A DNA stretch of 64,000 nucleotides from an uncultured Chloroflexia bacterium (GTDB lineage Bacteria > Chloroflexota > Limnocylindria > Limnocylindrales > CSP1-4). A model generated the notes under the pieces. The model saw nothing but the letters and a program-made list of their open reading frames with translations, was not told the DNA's origin and did no database searches. Made by a program: the position numbers and the translations under genes. The stretch covers positions 67,733-131,732 of the forward strand of contig CAVQLA010000008.1 of the NCBI GenBank assembly GCA_963713285.1. The letters are read 5' to 3'. Shown one piece after another: positions 30,089-40,498 of the stretch; positions within the stretch are counted from its first letter, which is position 1, and every line of letters begins with the position of its first letter.

Positions 30089-30487
30089 ATGAACGTGTCC
30101 GATCCGATCGCCGACATGCTCACGCGGATCCGCAACGCGTCGCGGGCGCATCACCTCGAGGTGGTCGTTCCCGCGTCCCGCGTGAAGCGCGAGATTGCCC
30201 GCATCCTCGTGGAGGAAGGGTTCATCTCCGGCTTCAGCGAGGAGCGTGACGGGCCCGCGCAGCTCCTGCGGCTCACCCTCAAGTACGTCGACGGCAAGGC
30301 GCCGGTCGTGTCCGGGCTCAAGCGCATCAGCAAGCCCGGCCTCCGCGTCTACGCCCGGAAGACCGATATCCCGCGGGTCCTCGGTGGTCTCGGGATCGTC
30401 ATCGTCAGCACCAGCCAGGGGATCATGACCGGCCAGCAGGCGCGCAAGGCGCAGCTCGGCGGGGAAGTCCTGGCGTACGTCTGGTAG
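30089..30487 (+). CDS. rpsH: 30S ribosomal protein S8
   Basis: [17 protein letters not shown]... Confidence 0.95.
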   Translation: MNVSDPIADMLTRIRNASRAHHLEVVVPASRVKREIARILVEEGFISGFSEERDGPAQLLRLTLKYVDGKAPVVSGLKRISKPGLRVYARKTDIPRVLGGLGIVIVSTSQGIMTGQQARKAQLGGEVLAYVW

Positions 30488-30498
30488 GGGGGACGGCG

Positions 30499-31050
30499 AT
30501 GTCGCGCATCGGTCGCCAGCCGATCCCGGTCCCGGCCGGGGTCGAGGTCAGCTTCGACGGTCCGGTCATCACGGTGTCCGGCCCCAAGGGGACCCTGACC
30601 CGCTCGCTGCCGCCGGCGATGACGGTCGAGCCGTCGGAGGGGACGCTGGTCGTCACCCGCCCGTCCGAGGCGAAGGGGCACAAGCAGCTCCACGGCCTCA
30701 CCCGGACGCTCGTCGCGAACATGGTCGAAGGCGTCACCACCGGCTACCGGAAGACGCTCGAGATCTCCGGCGTCGGCTATCGCGCCCAGAAGATCGGCGA
30801 CAAGCTCCAGCTCAACCTGGGCTACAGCCACCCGGTGGAGATCGCGCCCCCCGAGGGCATCTCCTTCGACGTGGAGAGCCCGGTCAAGCTGGCCGTCGTC
30901 GGGATCGACAAGGAGCTCGTCGGGCAGGTCGCGGCGAAGGTCCGCGCCACCCGGAAGCCGGAGCCCTACAAGGGCAAGGGCGTCCGGTACTCCGGCGAGG
31001 TGATCCGCCGAAAGGCCGGCAAGGCCGGGAAGATCGGCGGAAAGAAGTAG
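30499..31050 (+). CDS. rplF: 50S ribosomal protein L6
   Basis: [17 protein letters not shown]... Confidence 0.95.
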   Translation: MSRIGRQPIPVPAGVEVSFDGPVITVSGPKGTLTRSLPPAMTVEPSEGTLVVTRPSEAKGHKQLHGLTRTLVANMVEGVTTGYRKTLEISGVGYRAQKIGDKLQLNLGYSHPVEIAPPEGISFDVESPVKLAVVGIDKELVGQVAAKVRATRKPEPYKGKGVRYSGEVIRRKAGKAGKIGGKK

Positions 31051-31069
31051 TAACGAAGGGACGTCCGAG

Positions 31070-31432
31070 ATGACGAAGGCCGCCTCGCGCGGCGCCGCGC
31101 GGCAGAAGCGGCACGAGCGGATCCGCCTCCGCGTGGAGGGCACCGCCGGTCGCCCGCGTCTCGCGGTCTTCCGCAGCATCAACCACATCTACGCCCAGGT
31201 GATCGACGATTCGGCGGGCACCACGCTCGCCGCCGCCTCCACGCTGGAGCCCTCCTTCAAGGGCTCCACGCAGACGAAGGTCGAGGAGGCCAAGATCGTC
31301 GGCCGTCTGGTCGCCGAGCGGGCCCGCACCGCCGGCGTCGAGCAGGTCGTCTTCGACCGTTCCGGGTTCCGGTACCACGGTCGCGTGAAGAACCTGGCCG
31401 ACGCCGCCCGGGAAGCCGGTCTCGACTTCTAG
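31070..31432 (+). CDS. rplR: 50S ribosomal protein L18
   Basis: L18 family. Confidence 0.9.
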   Translation: MTKAASRGAARQKRHERIRLRVEGTAGRPRLAVFRSINHIYAQVIDDSAGTTLAAASTLEPSFKGSTQTKVEEAKIVGRLVAERARTAGVEQVVFDRSGFRYHGRVKNLADAAREAGLDF

Positions 31433-31445
31433 GAGGAGACCGACC

Positions 31446-31979
31446 GTGGCCAGGATCGATCCTGCGAAGCTGACGCTCGAGGAGCGGGTCGTCCAGATCA
31501 ACCGCGTTGCGAAGGTCGTCAAGGGCGGCCGCCGCTTCAGCTTCAGCGCCGTCGTCGTCGTCGGCGACGGGCAGGGGCATGTCGGCGCGGGGCTCGGGAA
31601 GGCCGGCGAGGTCCCCGAGGCGATCCGCAAGGGCGTCGAGGACGCGAAGAAGAACCTCATCCGCATCCCCACGATCGGGACCACGATCCCGCACGAGGTG
31701 AACGCGGAGTACTCGGCGGCCAGGGTGATGCTGAAGCCCGCCTCGCAGGGGACGGGCGTCATCGCCGGCGGCTCCGTGCGCGCGGTCGTGGAGGCGGCCG
31801 GCGTGCGCGACATCCTCACCAAGGTGCACGGCTCGACGAACCCGGTGAACGTCGTCCGGGCCACGGTCGAGGCGCTGCGCGACCTCAAGTCCGCGGAGGA
31901 GCTGAGCGCCCGGCGTGGCGTTCCGGTACGGGTGACCGTGGCCGGCCAGCCGACCGGGGAGGTCGTCGATGCCCGGTAA
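31446..31979 (+). CDS. rpsE: 30S ribosomal protein S5
   Basis: [28 protein letters not shown]. Confidence 0.95.
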   Translation: MARIDPAKLTLEERVVQINRVAKVVKGGRRFSFSAVVVVGDGQGHVGAGLGKAGEVPEAIRKGVEDAKKNLIRIPTIGTTIPHEVNAEYSAARVMLKPASQGTGVIAGGSVRAVVEAAGVRDILTKVHGSTNPVNVVRATVEALRDLKSAEELSARRGVPVRVTVAGQPTGEVVDAR

Positions 31980-32181
31980 GCTCCGCGTCACGCAGGTCAA
32001 GAGCACCATCAGCCACATCGAGCGGAACCGGGCCACCGCCCGGGCCCTCGGCCTGCGCCGCATCGGCGACACGGTCGAGGTGCCGGACAACGCCGCCACG
32101 CGGGGGATGGTCCGGCAGGTCCGCTTCCTCGTGACCGTCGAGGAGCTCCCCGAGACCGCCCCGGAGAAGAAAAAGCGATGA
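31969..32181 (+). CDS. rpmD: 50S ribosomal protein L30
   Basis: L30 family, 70 aa. Confidence 0.85.
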   Translation: MPGKLRVTQVKSTISHIERNRATARALGLRRIGDTVEVPDNAATRGMVRQVRFLVTVEELPETAPEKKKR

Positions 32182-32768
32182 AGCTCCACGATCTCCGGCC
32201 GCCGGCCGGAGCCCACACGAAGAAGACCCGGGTCGGGCGCGGCATCGCGGCCGGCAAGGGCAAGACGGCCGGCCGCGGCACCAAGGGCCAGAAGTCCCGC
32301 GCGGGCTCCTCGATCCCGCCGTGGTTCGAGGGCGGCCAGACGCCGCTCCACATCCGGATCCCGAAGCTGCGCGGTTTCCGCAACGTCAACCGGATCGAGT
32401 ACGAGGTCGTCAACGTCGGCCGCATCAGCGCCGCCGCCGAGACGGGCCGCCTCCCGGAGGGCGAGAAGGGCGCACCGATCGCCGTCACGCAGGAGCTCCT
32501 CCGCGTGGCAGGCCTCGTCCGCAGCCTCGACAAGCCGCTCAAGATCCTGGGCGGGGGCGACGTCGGCCGGCCCCTGTTCGTCGTCGCGGATGCCTTCACG
32601 AAGAGCGCCCGCGAGAAGATCGAGGCGGCGGGCGGCAGCGTTCAACTCCTCGAGATCCCGACGAGCCCGCTCGCGGCGCTCGGCGTGGGGTCCGCGGCGG
32701 GTGACGATGCTCCCGCCGCGAACGGGTCCGCGGCGGGTGACGATGCTCCCGCCGCGAACGGGGTCTAG
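32178..32768 (+). CDS. rplO: 50S ribosomal protein L15 with extended C-terminus containing a perfect 12-aa tandem repeat
   Basis: L15 core ([22 protein letters not shown]). C-terminal [12 protein letters not shown] x2. Confidence 0.9.
   Translation: MKLHDLRPPAGAHTKKTRVGRGIAAGKGKTAGRGTKGQKSRAGSSIPPWFEGGQTPLHIRIPKLRGFRNVNRIEYEVVNVGRISAAAETGRLPEGEKGAPIAVTQELLRVAGLVRSLDKPLKILGGGDVGRPLFVVADAFTKSAREKIEAAGGSVQLLEIPTSPLAALGVGSAAGDDAPAANGSAAGDDAPAANGV
32690..32761. repeat. perfect 36-bp tandem duplication (2 copies) at the 3' end of rplO
   Basis: gtccgcggcgggtgacgatgctcccgccgcgaacgg at 32690-32725 is repeated exactly at 32726-32761. Confidence 0.9.
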
Positions 32769-32777
32769 GCCGCACCG

Positions 32778-34061
32778 ATGTTCGAGTCCCTCCTCAACGC
32801 CTTCCGTGCGCCCGACATCCGTCGGCGCATCCTGTTCGTCCTCGGGATCCTGATCATCTTCCGTGCCCTGGCCCACGTGCCGGTGCCGGGAGCGGACCCG
32901 CAGGCGTTGGCGGATTTCTTCGAGAACAACGCCCTCTTCGGGCTCCTCGACCTATTCTCCGGCGGCGGGCTCTCGCAGTTCTCCGTCGTGGGACTCGGCG
33001 TCAACCCCTACATCAACGCCTCGATCATCATGCAGCTGATGACCGGGGTCGTCCCCTCGCTCCAGGCGCTCCAGCGCGAGGGCGAGTACGGCCGCAACAA
33101 GATCAACCAGTACACCCGCTACCTGTCGGTCCCGCTGGCGCTCCTGCAGAGCTACGGCTTCCTGGCGCTCCTCAACTCCCAGGGCGTCCTGACGACCGAC
33201 TTCAGCCTCTCCTCGTTCGCGACCGTGACGCAGATCGTCACCCTGACGGCCGGTTCCGTCCTCCTCATGTGGCTCGGTGAGCTCATCACGGAGAAGGGGA
33301 TCGGGAACGGGATCAGCTTCATCATCTTCGCCGGCATCGTGTCGCGGGTCCCGACCGGGATCATCCGCTTCCTCGAGAGCCCGAACATCGTGCAGGGGGT
33401 CGTCTTCGCGGCCTTTGCCGTCGTCGCCGTGGCGGTGATCGTCTACATCACCGAGGGCCAGCGCCGCATCCCCGTCCAGTACGCGAGCCGCGTCCGCGGC
33501 CGGCGGATGTACCAGGGCGGGACCACGTTCCTGCCCCTGCGGGTGAACCAGGCCGGCGTCATCCCGATCATCTTCGCCGTCAGCATCCTGCTCTTCCCGA
33601 GCCAGATCGCGGGCTACTTCACGAGCTCCGACATCCAGATCGTGAGCGACGTGGCGACCTTCATCGTCAACACCTTCGGCCCGCAGAGCCCGGTCATCTA
33701 CGGCAGCATGTACTTCCTGCTGACGGTCGGGTTCACCTACTTCTACACCGCGTTCACCTTCAAGCCCGACGAGACCGCGGAGCAGCTGCGCAAGAACGGC
33801 GGGTTCATCCCCGGGATCCGGCCCGGTCGCCCGACCCAGGACTACCTGGCCCGGGTCGTCAACCGGATCACCGTCGCGGGCGCGCTCTTCCTGGGCACGA
33901 TCGCCGTGATGCCGTTCGTCATCTCCGTGTTCTTCCCCGGGTCCTCGGCGCTCTCCCTGGGTGGGACGAGCCTCCTGATCGCGGTCAGCGTGGTCGTGGA
34001 GACGATGAAGCAGCTCGAGGCCCAGCTCCTCATGCGCAGCTACGAAGGCTTCATCCGATGA
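32778..34061 (+). CDS. secY: preprotein translocase subunit SecY
   Basis: 10-TM SecY family, 427 aa. Confidence 0.95.
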   Translation: MFESLLNAFRAPDIRRRILFVLGILIIFRALAHVPVPGADPQALADFFENNALFGLLDLFSGGGLSQFSVVGLGVNPYINASIIMQLMTGVVPSLQALQREGEYGRNKINQYTRYLSVPLALLQSYGFLALLNSQGVLTTDFSLSSFATVTQIVTLTAGSVLLMWLGELITEKGIGNGISFIIFAGIVSRVPTGIIRFLESPNIVQGVVFAAFAVVAVAVIVYITEGQRRIPVQYASRVRGRRMYQGGTTFLPLRVNQAGVIPIIFAVSILLFPSQIAGYFTSSDIQIVSDVATFIVNTFGPQSPVIYGSMYFLLTVGFTYFYTAFTFKPDETAEQLRKNGGFIPGIRPGRPTQDYLARVVNRITVAGALFLGTIAVMPFVISVFFPGSSALSLGGTSLLIAVSVVVETMKQLEAQLLMRSYEGFIR

Positions 34062-34089
34062 CGACGGTGATGGAGGGAGCGCCGGCACC

Positions 34090-34761
34090 ATGAGAGTCCT
34101 CGTCCTTCTCGGCGCGCCCGGAGCCGGCAAGGGCACGCAGGCCCACGTCCTCGCCCGCCACCTCGGGCTTCCGCGGGTGGCGACCGGCGATCTCTTCCGC
34201 GCGGCCGTGCGCGAGGGCACGCCGCTCGGGCTGGCGGCCAAGGAGTACATGGACCGCGGCGCGCTCGTCCCCGACGAGGTGACGGTGGGGATGCTCCTCG
34301 AGCGCCTCGCCGCGCCCGACGCCGCCCGCGGAGTCATCCTCGACGGCTTCCCGCGGACACGCTCCCAGGCCGAGGCGCTCGACCGTGCGCTGGACGAGCG
34401 GGCGGCGGCGGTGGAGGCGGCCCTCCTCGTGGACGTCCCTCCCGACGAGCTGCTCGCACGCCTGTCCGGGCGCTGGCTCTGCGAGGCGGCCGGCCACACC
34501 TACCACGAGGTCGCGTACCCGCCGCGCGTCCCCGGCATCTGCGACATCTGCGGCTCGCGCCTCATCCAGCGCGACGACGACAAGCCGGAGGTCGTCAGGG
34601 CGCGCCTCGAGAAGCAGCTCGGCGCCCTGGAGGACGTCGTCGACCACTACCGCGCCGCGGGGGTCCTCCAGACGGTGGACGGGCGTCGGCCGATCGCCGC
34701 GGTCACGAACGACCTCCTCGACTGCATCGAGCCGGTGCCCTACTGGCGCACGCACCCGTGA
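34090..34761 (+). CDS. adk: adenylate kinase (long lid variant, C/H/C/C metal site)
   Basis: GAPGAGKGTQ P-loop. Lid CEAAGHTYH...CDICG. Confidence 0.9.
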   Translation: MRVLVLLGAPGAGKGTQAHVLARHLGLPRVATGDLFRAAVREGTPLGLAAKEYMDRGALVPDEVTVGMLLERLAAPDAARGVILDGFPRTRSQAEALDRALDERAAAVEAALLVDVPPDELLARLSGRWLCEAAGHTYHEVAYPPRVPGICDICGSRLIQRDDDKPEVVRARLEKQLGALEDVVDHYRAAGVLQTVDGRRPIAAVTNDLLDCIEPVPYWRTHP

Positions 34762-35504
34762 TCACGCGCAAGTCGCCGGCCGAGATCGCCACGATGCGGC
34801 GGGCCGGCCGCGTGGTCGCCGAGGTCCTCGCCCTCGTGGAGGAGGAGCTGCGCCCCGGGGTCTCGACGGCGCGCCTCGACGCGCTGGCCGAGGCGCACAT
34901 CCGGAAGGCCGGCGCCACGCCGTCGTTCAAGGGCTACTTCGGCTACCCGTCGTCGCTGTGCATCTCGATCGACCGCGAGGTCGTCCATGGGATCCCGGGA
35001 TCCCGGGTGATCCGAGACGGCCAGGTCGTCTCCGTGGACGCGGGCGCGATCGTCGACGGCTGGCACGGGGACGCCGCCCGGACGTTCATCGTGGGCGATG
35101 CCCCGCAGGCCGTCTGCGACCTCGTGGAGACGACGCGACTGGCCCTCGAGGCCGGGATCGCGGCCGGCCGGCCCGGGAACCGGATCTGGGACATCTCGGC
35201 GGCCGTCGAGGACGTCGCGCTGCCGCGCGGGTACGGGATCGTGCGTCCGTATGTCGGGCACGGCATCGGCACCTCGATGCACGAGGAGCCCCAGGTCCCG
35301 AACTACCGCACGAAGACGCGGGGGATCGAGCTGGCGCCGGGGATCTGCCTGGCGATCGAGCCGATGTTCACGCTCGGCTCCGCCGACGTGGAGACCCTCG
35401 CGGACGGCTGGACCGTGGTCACGCGGGACGGGTCGCTCGCGGCCCACTGGGAGGATTCGATCGCCGTGACCGAGAACGGGCCGGAGGTCCTGACCCGGCT
35501 GTGA
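34758..35504 (+). CDS. map: type I methionine aminopeptidase
   Basis: M24A fold with metal ligands (D..D..H..E..E). Confidence 0.9.
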   Translation: MITRKSPAEIATMRRAGRVVAEVLALVEEELRPGVSTARLDALAEAHIRKAGATPSFKGYFGYPSSLCISIDREVVHGIPGSRVIRDGQVVSVDAGAIVDGWHGDAARTFIVGDAPQAVCDLVETTRLALEAGIAAGRPGNRIWDISAAVEDVALPRGYGIVRPYVGHGIGTSMHEEPQVPNYRTKTRGIELAPGICLAIEPMFTLGSADVETLADGWTVVTRDGSLAAHWEDSIAVTENGPEVLTRL

Positions 35505-35611
35505 GCGGCATCGCCGGCGCTTGCCGGATCGAGCGAATGTTGGTACGCTACGCGTTCGTGCGCCCGGCTTCGGCCGGCGCATGATCATGTGACGAAGGCA
35601 TAAGGGAGCCC

Positions 35612-35830
35612 GTGGGCAAGAAGGACGCCATCGAGGTCGAAGGGACCGTCATCGAACCGCTTCCGAACACCATGTTCGCAGTGGAGCTCGAGAACGGCCA
35701 CCGTGTCCTTGCCCACATCAGCGGGAAGCTCCGGATGAACTTCATCCGGATCCTGCCGGGCGACCGGGTCCGGGTCGAGCTTTCCCCGTACGACCTCACC
35801 CGGGGTCGCATCACGTACCGGCTCAAGTAG
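35612..35830 (+). CDS. infA: translation initiation factor IF-1
   Basis: S1-like OB fold, 72 aa (…[16 protein letters not shown]…). Confidence 0.9.
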   Translation: MGKKDAIEVEGTVIEPLPNTMFAVELENGHRVLAHISGKLRMNFIRILPGDRVRVELSPYDLTRGRITYRLK

Positions 35831-35862
35831 CCGGCAGCATTCCTGAAGCGAAGAGGGTCCCG

Positions 35863-35976
35863 TTGAAAGTCCGAGCCTCCGTGAAGGCCCGCTGCGACAA
35901 CTGCAAGGTGATTCGCCGCCACGGGACCGTCATGGTCATCTGCGCCAACCCGAAGCACAAGCAGCGGCAGGGCTAG
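35863..35976 (+). CDS. rpmJ: 50S ribosomal protein L36 (37 aa, TTG start, zinc form C-x2-C-x12-C-x4-H)
   Basis: Not in the ORF track. (L)[46 protein letters not shown]. Confidence 0.8.
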   Translation: MKVRASVKARCDNCKVIRRHGTVMVICANPKHKQRQG

Positions 35977-35980
35977 ACGT

Positions 35981-36352
35981 ATGGCACGGATTGCGGGCGT
36001 CGACATCCCGCGCGAGAAGCGCGTCGAGATCGCCCTGACGTACATCTTCGGGATCGGGCTCCCCACGAGCCAGAAGATCCTCCAGCAGACGAACGTCAAC
36101 CCCGACACCCGGGTCCGGGACCTCACCGAGGACCAGGTCAACCGGCTGCGGGAGGTGATCGACCGCCGCTACAAGGTGGAGGGCGACCTCCGTCGCGAAG
36201 TGGCGCTCAACATCAAGCGTCTCATCGAGATCGGCTCGTACCGCGGCCTCCGCCACCGGCGGAACCTCCCGGTCCGCGGCCAGCGCACGAAGACGAATGC
36301 TCGCCAGCGGCGCGGTCCGAAGCGGACCGTCGGCGCACGGCGCAAGAAGTAA
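35981..36352 (+). CDS. rpsM: 30S ribosomal protein S13
   Basis: [26 protein letters not shown]. Confidence 0.95.
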   Translation: MARIAGVDIPREKRVEIALTYIFGIGLPTSQKILQQTNVNPDTRVRDLTEDQVNRLREVIDRRYKVEGDLRREVALNIKRLIEIGSYRGLRHRRNLPVRGQRTKTNARQRRGPKRTVGARRKK

Positions 36353-36370
36353 GAGGGACGAGTCGGACGC

Positions 36371-36766
36371 ATGGCCGATCGGAAGCGTGCTCCCAAGCAG
36401 CGCAGGCGGGAGCGGAAGAACGTGCCCCAGGGGCACGTGCACATCCAGGCGACCTTCAACAACACGATCGTCACGATCACCGACCAGACCGGGAACGTGA
36501 TCAGCTGGGGATCGGCAGGGGTCGTCGGGTTCAAGGGCTCCCGCAAGAGCACGCCCTATGCCGCCGCGCTGTCCGCCGACTCCGCCGCCAAGAAGGCGAT
36601 GGAGCACGGGATGCGCCAGGTCGAGGTCTACGTGAAGGGCCCCGGCGCCGGTCGCGAGCAGGCGATCCGGTCGCTGCAGGCCGCCGGCCTCGAAGTCACC
36701 GCCATCACCGACGTCACCCCGATCCCGCACAACGGATGCCGCCCGCCCAAGCGGCGCCGCGTCTGA
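36371..36766 (+). CDS. rpsK: 30S ribosomal protein S11
   Basis: S11 family. Confidence 0.95.
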   Translation: MADRKRAPKQRRRERKNVPQGHVHIQATFNNTIVTITDQTGNVISWGSAGVVGFKGSRKSTPYAAALSADSAAKKAMEHGMRQVEVYVKGPGAGREQAIRSLQAAGLEVTAITDVTPIPHNGCRPPKRRRV

Positions 36767-36782
36767 CCGGAGCTTCCGCCCC

Positions 36783-37409
36783 ATGGCTCGCTACACCGAT
36801 CCTGTCTGCCGGCTGTGCCGGCGCGAGGGCGCCAAGCTCTTCCTGAAGGGCTCGCGCTGCTACACGAAGAAGTGCGCGTTCGAGCGCCGCCCGTCCCCTC
36901 CCGGTCAGCACGGCGTCCGCCGCCGCAAGGTCGGGGACTACGGGCTGCAGCTCCGCGAGAAGCAGAAGGTCCGCCGGATCTACCGCGTCCTCGAGAGGCA
37001 GTTCCGAACCTACTTCGACGCGGCCGAGTCGCGCCCCGGCGTGACCGGCGAGAACCTGCTGCGCCTCCTGGAGCTCCGGATGGACAATGTCGTCTTCCGG
37101 CTTGGGATCGCTCCGTCGCGCGACGCCGCGCGCCAGCTCGTGACGCACGGTCACTTCGCCGTGAACGGCCGGCCCACGAACATCCCCTCGTACCAGCTCA
37201 AGCCCGGCGACACGATCGCGGTGCGCGAGTCGCGGCGCGACCGGGGGCCGTTCAAGGTCGCCAAGGAGAACCTCCGCTCCGTCTCCGTGCCGGAGTGGCT
37301 CACCCTCGACCCGGCGACGCTGACCGGGACGATCGCCGCCGCGCCGCGGCGTGACCAGATGCCGCTCGAGCTCAACGAGCAGCTCGTGGTCGAGTACTAC
37401 TCGAGGTAG
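36783..37409 (+). CDS. rpsD: 30S ribosomal protein S4
   Basis: N-terminal Zn-ribbon-like CRLCRREG...C..KKC plus S4 domain. Confidence 0.95.
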   Translation: MARYTDPVCRLCRREGAKLFLKGSRCYTKKCAFERRPSPPGQHGVRRRKVGDYGLQLREKQKVRRIYRVLERQFRTYFDAAESRPGVTGENLLRLLELRMDNVVFRLGIAPSRDAARQLVTHGHFAVNGRPTNIPSYQLKPGDTIAVRESRRDRGPFKVAKENLRSVSVPEWLTLDPATLTGTIAAAPRRDQMPLELNEQLVVEYYSR

Positions 37410-37418
37410 CCCCGCCCC

Positions 37419-38435
37419 ATGATCGAACTCGAGACCACGACCCAGATCGAGCCCGTCGCGGAGCAGGGCTCGTACGCCAAGTACGAGGCCGGGCCTCTGC
37501 CGGCCGGCTACGGCACGACCCTCGGGAACGCGCTGCGGCGCGTCCTCCTCTCCTCGCTCGAGGGAGCGGCCGTCACCTCCATCCAGATCCGTGACGTCTA
37601 CCACGAGTTCACGACGATCGCCGGCGTCAAGGAAGACGTCACGCAGATCGTCCTGAACATCAAGAAGCTCCGCCTGCGGGGCTTCGCCGCCCACCCGGTG
37701 CAGCTCAAGCTGATCAAGTCGGGTGCCGGCACCGTGACCGCCGCGGACATCCTCGAATCGGCCGATGTCGAGATCGTCAACCCGGACCAGGTGCTGCTGA
37801 CGCTCGACGCGGACGACGTCCAGATCGAGATGGACCTCACGGTGGAGCGCGGGGTCGGCTACCTCGCAGCCGAGCGCCCCGAGGGACTCCCGATCGGCGT
37901 GATCCCCGTCGACGCCATCTTCACCCCGGTGCGGAAGGTCAACTTCCACGTCGAGAACACGCGCGTCGGCCAGATGACGAACTACGACAAGCTGACGCTC
38001 GAGATCGAGACCGACGGCACGGTGACCCCCGAGGACGCCCTGGGCAAGGCCGCCGACATCCTCGTCCGCCAGTTCGCGCTGTTCGCCAACGTCGGCGCCG
38101 CCGCCGTGCCGGTCGTCACCGCGTCGGGCGCGCCGCAGATCCCGGCGAACATGCTGGAGATGCCGATCGAGGAGCTCGACCTCCCGATGCGGGCCTACAA
38201 CTCGCTCAAGCGCAACAACATCGTCAAGGTCGGGCAGCTGCTCCAGCTCTCCGACGACGAGCTCCTCCGGATGCGCAACTTCGGCAAGAAGTCGCTCGAC
38301 GAGATGAAGGAGCGCCTGCGCATGCGGGGCTTCCTCATCCCCGAGAGCGACGCGCCCGACCTGGACGGGATCGACGAGGACGAGGAGCTCGGCGACGACC
38401 TGCAGGACGGCGACGCGCCGTTCGAGGAGGGCTGA
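37419..38435 (+). CDS. rpoA: DNA-directed RNA polymerase subunit alpha
   Basis: NTD and CTD of alpha, 338 aa. Confidence 0.95.
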   Translation: MIELETTTQIEPVAEQGSYAKYEAGPLPAGYGTTLGNALRRVLLSSLEGAAVTSIQIRDVYHEFTTIAGVKEDVTQIVLNIKKLRLRGFAAHPVQLKLIKSGAGTVTAADILESADVEIVNPDQVLLTLDADDVQIEMDLTVERGVGYLAAERPEGLPIGVIPVDAIFTPVRKVNFHVENTRVGQMTNYDKLTLEIETDGTVTPEDALGKAADILVRQFALFANVGAAAVPVVTASGAPQIPANMLEMPIEELDLPMRAYNSLKRNNIVKVGQLLQLSDDELLRMRNFGKKSLDEMKERLRMRGFLIPESDAPDLDGIDEDEELGDDLQDGDAPFEEG

Positions 38436-38438
38436 GCG

Positions 38439-38792
38439 ATGGCCCACCGGATCGCCGGGCGCAAGCTGTCGCGGACCCACAGCCCGCGCATGGCCCTCTA
38501 CGCCAACCTGATCGTGGCGGTCCTGCGCTACGAGCGGGTCAAGACGACCGAGGCGAAGGCCAAGGAGATCCGCCCGCAGGTCGAGCGCATGATCACGCTT
38601 GCCAAGCGCGGCGACCTCGCCGCCCGGCGCACGGTCGTCGCGGAGCTTCCCAACGAGCCGCTCGTCATCAAGAAGCTCTTCGATGAGATCGCCCCCAAGT
38701 ATGCCGACCGCACCTCCGGGTACACCCGCCTGGTGCACATCGGCCAGCGAGCCGGTGACGCGGCCCCGATCGTCCAGATCGAGCTCGTCTGA
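38439..38792 (+). CDS. rplQ: 50S ribosomal protein L17
   Basis: L17 family. Confidence 0.95.
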   Translation: MAHRIAGRKLSRTHSPRMALYANLIVAVLRYERVKTTEAKAKEIRPQVERMITLAKRGDLAARRTVVAELPNEPLVIKKLFDEIAPKYADRTSGYTRLVHIGQRAGDAAPIVQIELV

Positions 38793-38824
38793 CCGGCCAG
38801 AAACGAGAGTCGCCGCTCCGCCGG

Positions 38825-39625
38825 ATGAAGCGCAGCGGCGACGCGCAAGGCGCCCGAGAGGGCGCCCCCGTGCGCTATCGCGCGCGGGTCGAATACGACG
38901 GAACGGACTTCGCCGGGTTCCAGGCCCAGCCGGGCACCCGGACGGTCCAGGGAGAGCTCGAGGCCGCGCTCGCCTCGCTCACCGGCGGACGCCGGGTGCG
39001 GGTGGACGCGGCGGGACGGACCGACGCGGGAGTCCATGCGGCAGGCCAGGTGATCGCCTTCACCTACCGCGGGAGGCTCGCGGCGGCGGAGCTCGGAAGG
39101 GCGCTCGATGCGCTCCTGCCGGGGGACGTCGCGATCCGGGACCTCCGGCATGTGCCGGCCGGGTTCCACCCACGCTACGCGGCGCGGTATCGGGAGTACC
39201 GCTATACCGTCTGGAACGGGCCGCGCAGCCCGCTCCGCGAGCGCTTCGCGCTCGGGGTGCGGGCCCCGCTCGACACCGCCGCGATGGCGCGAGCCGCGTC
39301 GACCCTGGAGGGCCGGCACGACTTCTCCGCCTTTGGGGCGGCGGACCGGCAACCGGTCCGGACCCTTCACCGGGTCCGGGTCCGGAGGGACGGCCCGCTC
39401 GTGACGATCGACGTCAGGGGCGACGCCTTCCTGCGCCAGATGGTCCGGCGGATCGCTGCGGCCCTCCTCCTGGTGGGGCGTGGCGAGGTCGAGGAGTCGG
39501 CGGTGGCCGAGGCGCTCGCGTCGAGGACGCCGGCCTTCAACGGGGCAGTTGCCCCGGCGAGGGGACTCTGCCTGCGGCGGGTCGTCCTGGGACGGCCGGC
39601 CGGGGAGATGAACGGAGACAGATGA
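38825..39625 (+). CDS. truA: tRNA pseudouridine(38-40) synthase
   Basis: YRARVEYDGTDFAGFQ..., catalytic RTDAGVHA. Confidence 0.85.
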   Translation: MKRSGDAQGAREGAPVRYRARVEYDGTDFAGFQAQPGTRTVQGELEAALASLTGGRRVRVDAAGRTDAGVHAAGQVIAFTYRGRLAAAELGRALDALLPGDVAIRDLRHVPAGFHPRYAARYREYRYTVWNGPRSPLRERFALGVRAPLDTAAMARAASTLEGRHDFSAFGAADRQPVRTLHRVRVRRDGPLVTIDVRGDAFLRQMVRRIAAALLLVGRGEVEESAVAEALASRTPAFNGAVAPARGLCLRRVVLGRPAGEMNGDR

Positions 39626-40053
39626 CCACGAAGACGTACACGCTCCGCGAGGCGGAGATCGAGCGACGCTGGTACGTCGTCGACGCGACGGACGAGACGC
39701 TCGGCCGGCTCGCGTCGCGGATCGCCCGCGTCCTCGAGGGCAAGCACAAGCCGACCTACACGCCGAACCTCGATTCCGGCGACCACGTGATCGTGCTGAA
39801 CGCCGGGAAGGTCGCCGTGTCGCGGGACAAGCTGACCTCGAAGGTCTACGCGCGGCACAGCGGCTACCCGCAGGGCTACAAGGAGGAGACGCTGGGTCAC
39901 CTCCTCGAGCGTCGCCCGGAGGAGGTCCTCCGGCGTGCCGTGAAGGGGATGCTGCCGCACAACCGGCTCGGCGCCAAGCAGCTCCGCAAGCTCAAGATCT
40001 ACGCCGGCTCGGACCATCCCCACCAGGCCCAGCGGCCCGAGCCCCTGGCCTGA
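39622..40053 (+). CDS. rplM: 50S ribosomal protein L13 (ATGA overlap with truA)
   Basis: [22 protein letters not shown]... The track ORF 38599..40053 is an upstream read-through. Confidence 0.9.
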   Translation: MTTKTYTLREAEIERRWYVVDATDETLGRLASRIARVLEGKHKPTYTPNLDSGDHVIVLNAGKVAVSRDKLTSKVYARHSGYPQGYKEETLGHLLERRPEEVLRRAVKGMLPHNRLGAKQLRKLKIYAGSDHPHQAQRPEPLA

Positions 40054-40069
40054 CGAGGAGCATGCCTCG

Positions 40070-40468
40070 ATGACCACACCTGCCTACTTCCAGGGCACAG
40101 GGCGCCGCAAGACGTCCGTCGCCCGCGTGCGCCTCATGGCCGGCGAGGGCGAGATCGTCGTCAACGGCCGGTCGCTTGAGCAGCACTTCGGCAACGCCGT
40201 CTCGGAGAGCGATCTCCGGATGCCCTTCCGGGTCACCGGGACCGAGGGCCGCTACAACGCCATGATCAAGGTGGAGGGCGGCGGGGTCACCGGCCAGGCC
40301 GGGGCCATCCGCCACGGCATCGCCCGGGCGCTCCTGACCGTCGATCCCGAGGGCTACCGCCTGCCGCTCCGCCAGGCCGGCTTCCTCACCCGCGACCCGC
40401 GGATGAAGGAGCGCAAGAAGTACGGTCTCAAGCGGGCCCGCAAGGCGCCGCAGTACACCAAGCGCTGA
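40070..40468 (+). CDS. rpsI: 30S ribosomal protein S9
   Basis: S9 family, ends ...KRAPQYTKR. Confidence 0.95.
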   Translation: MTTPAYFQGTGRRKTSVARVRLMAGEGEIVVNGRSLEQHFGNAVSESDLRMPFRVTGTEGRYNAMIKVEGGGVTGQAGAIRHGIARALLTVDPEGYRLPLRQAGFLTRDPRMKERKKYGLKRARKAPQYTKR

Positions 40469-40498
40469 TCTGGTGGGCGCCGCGGGCGCCGCGCGATC

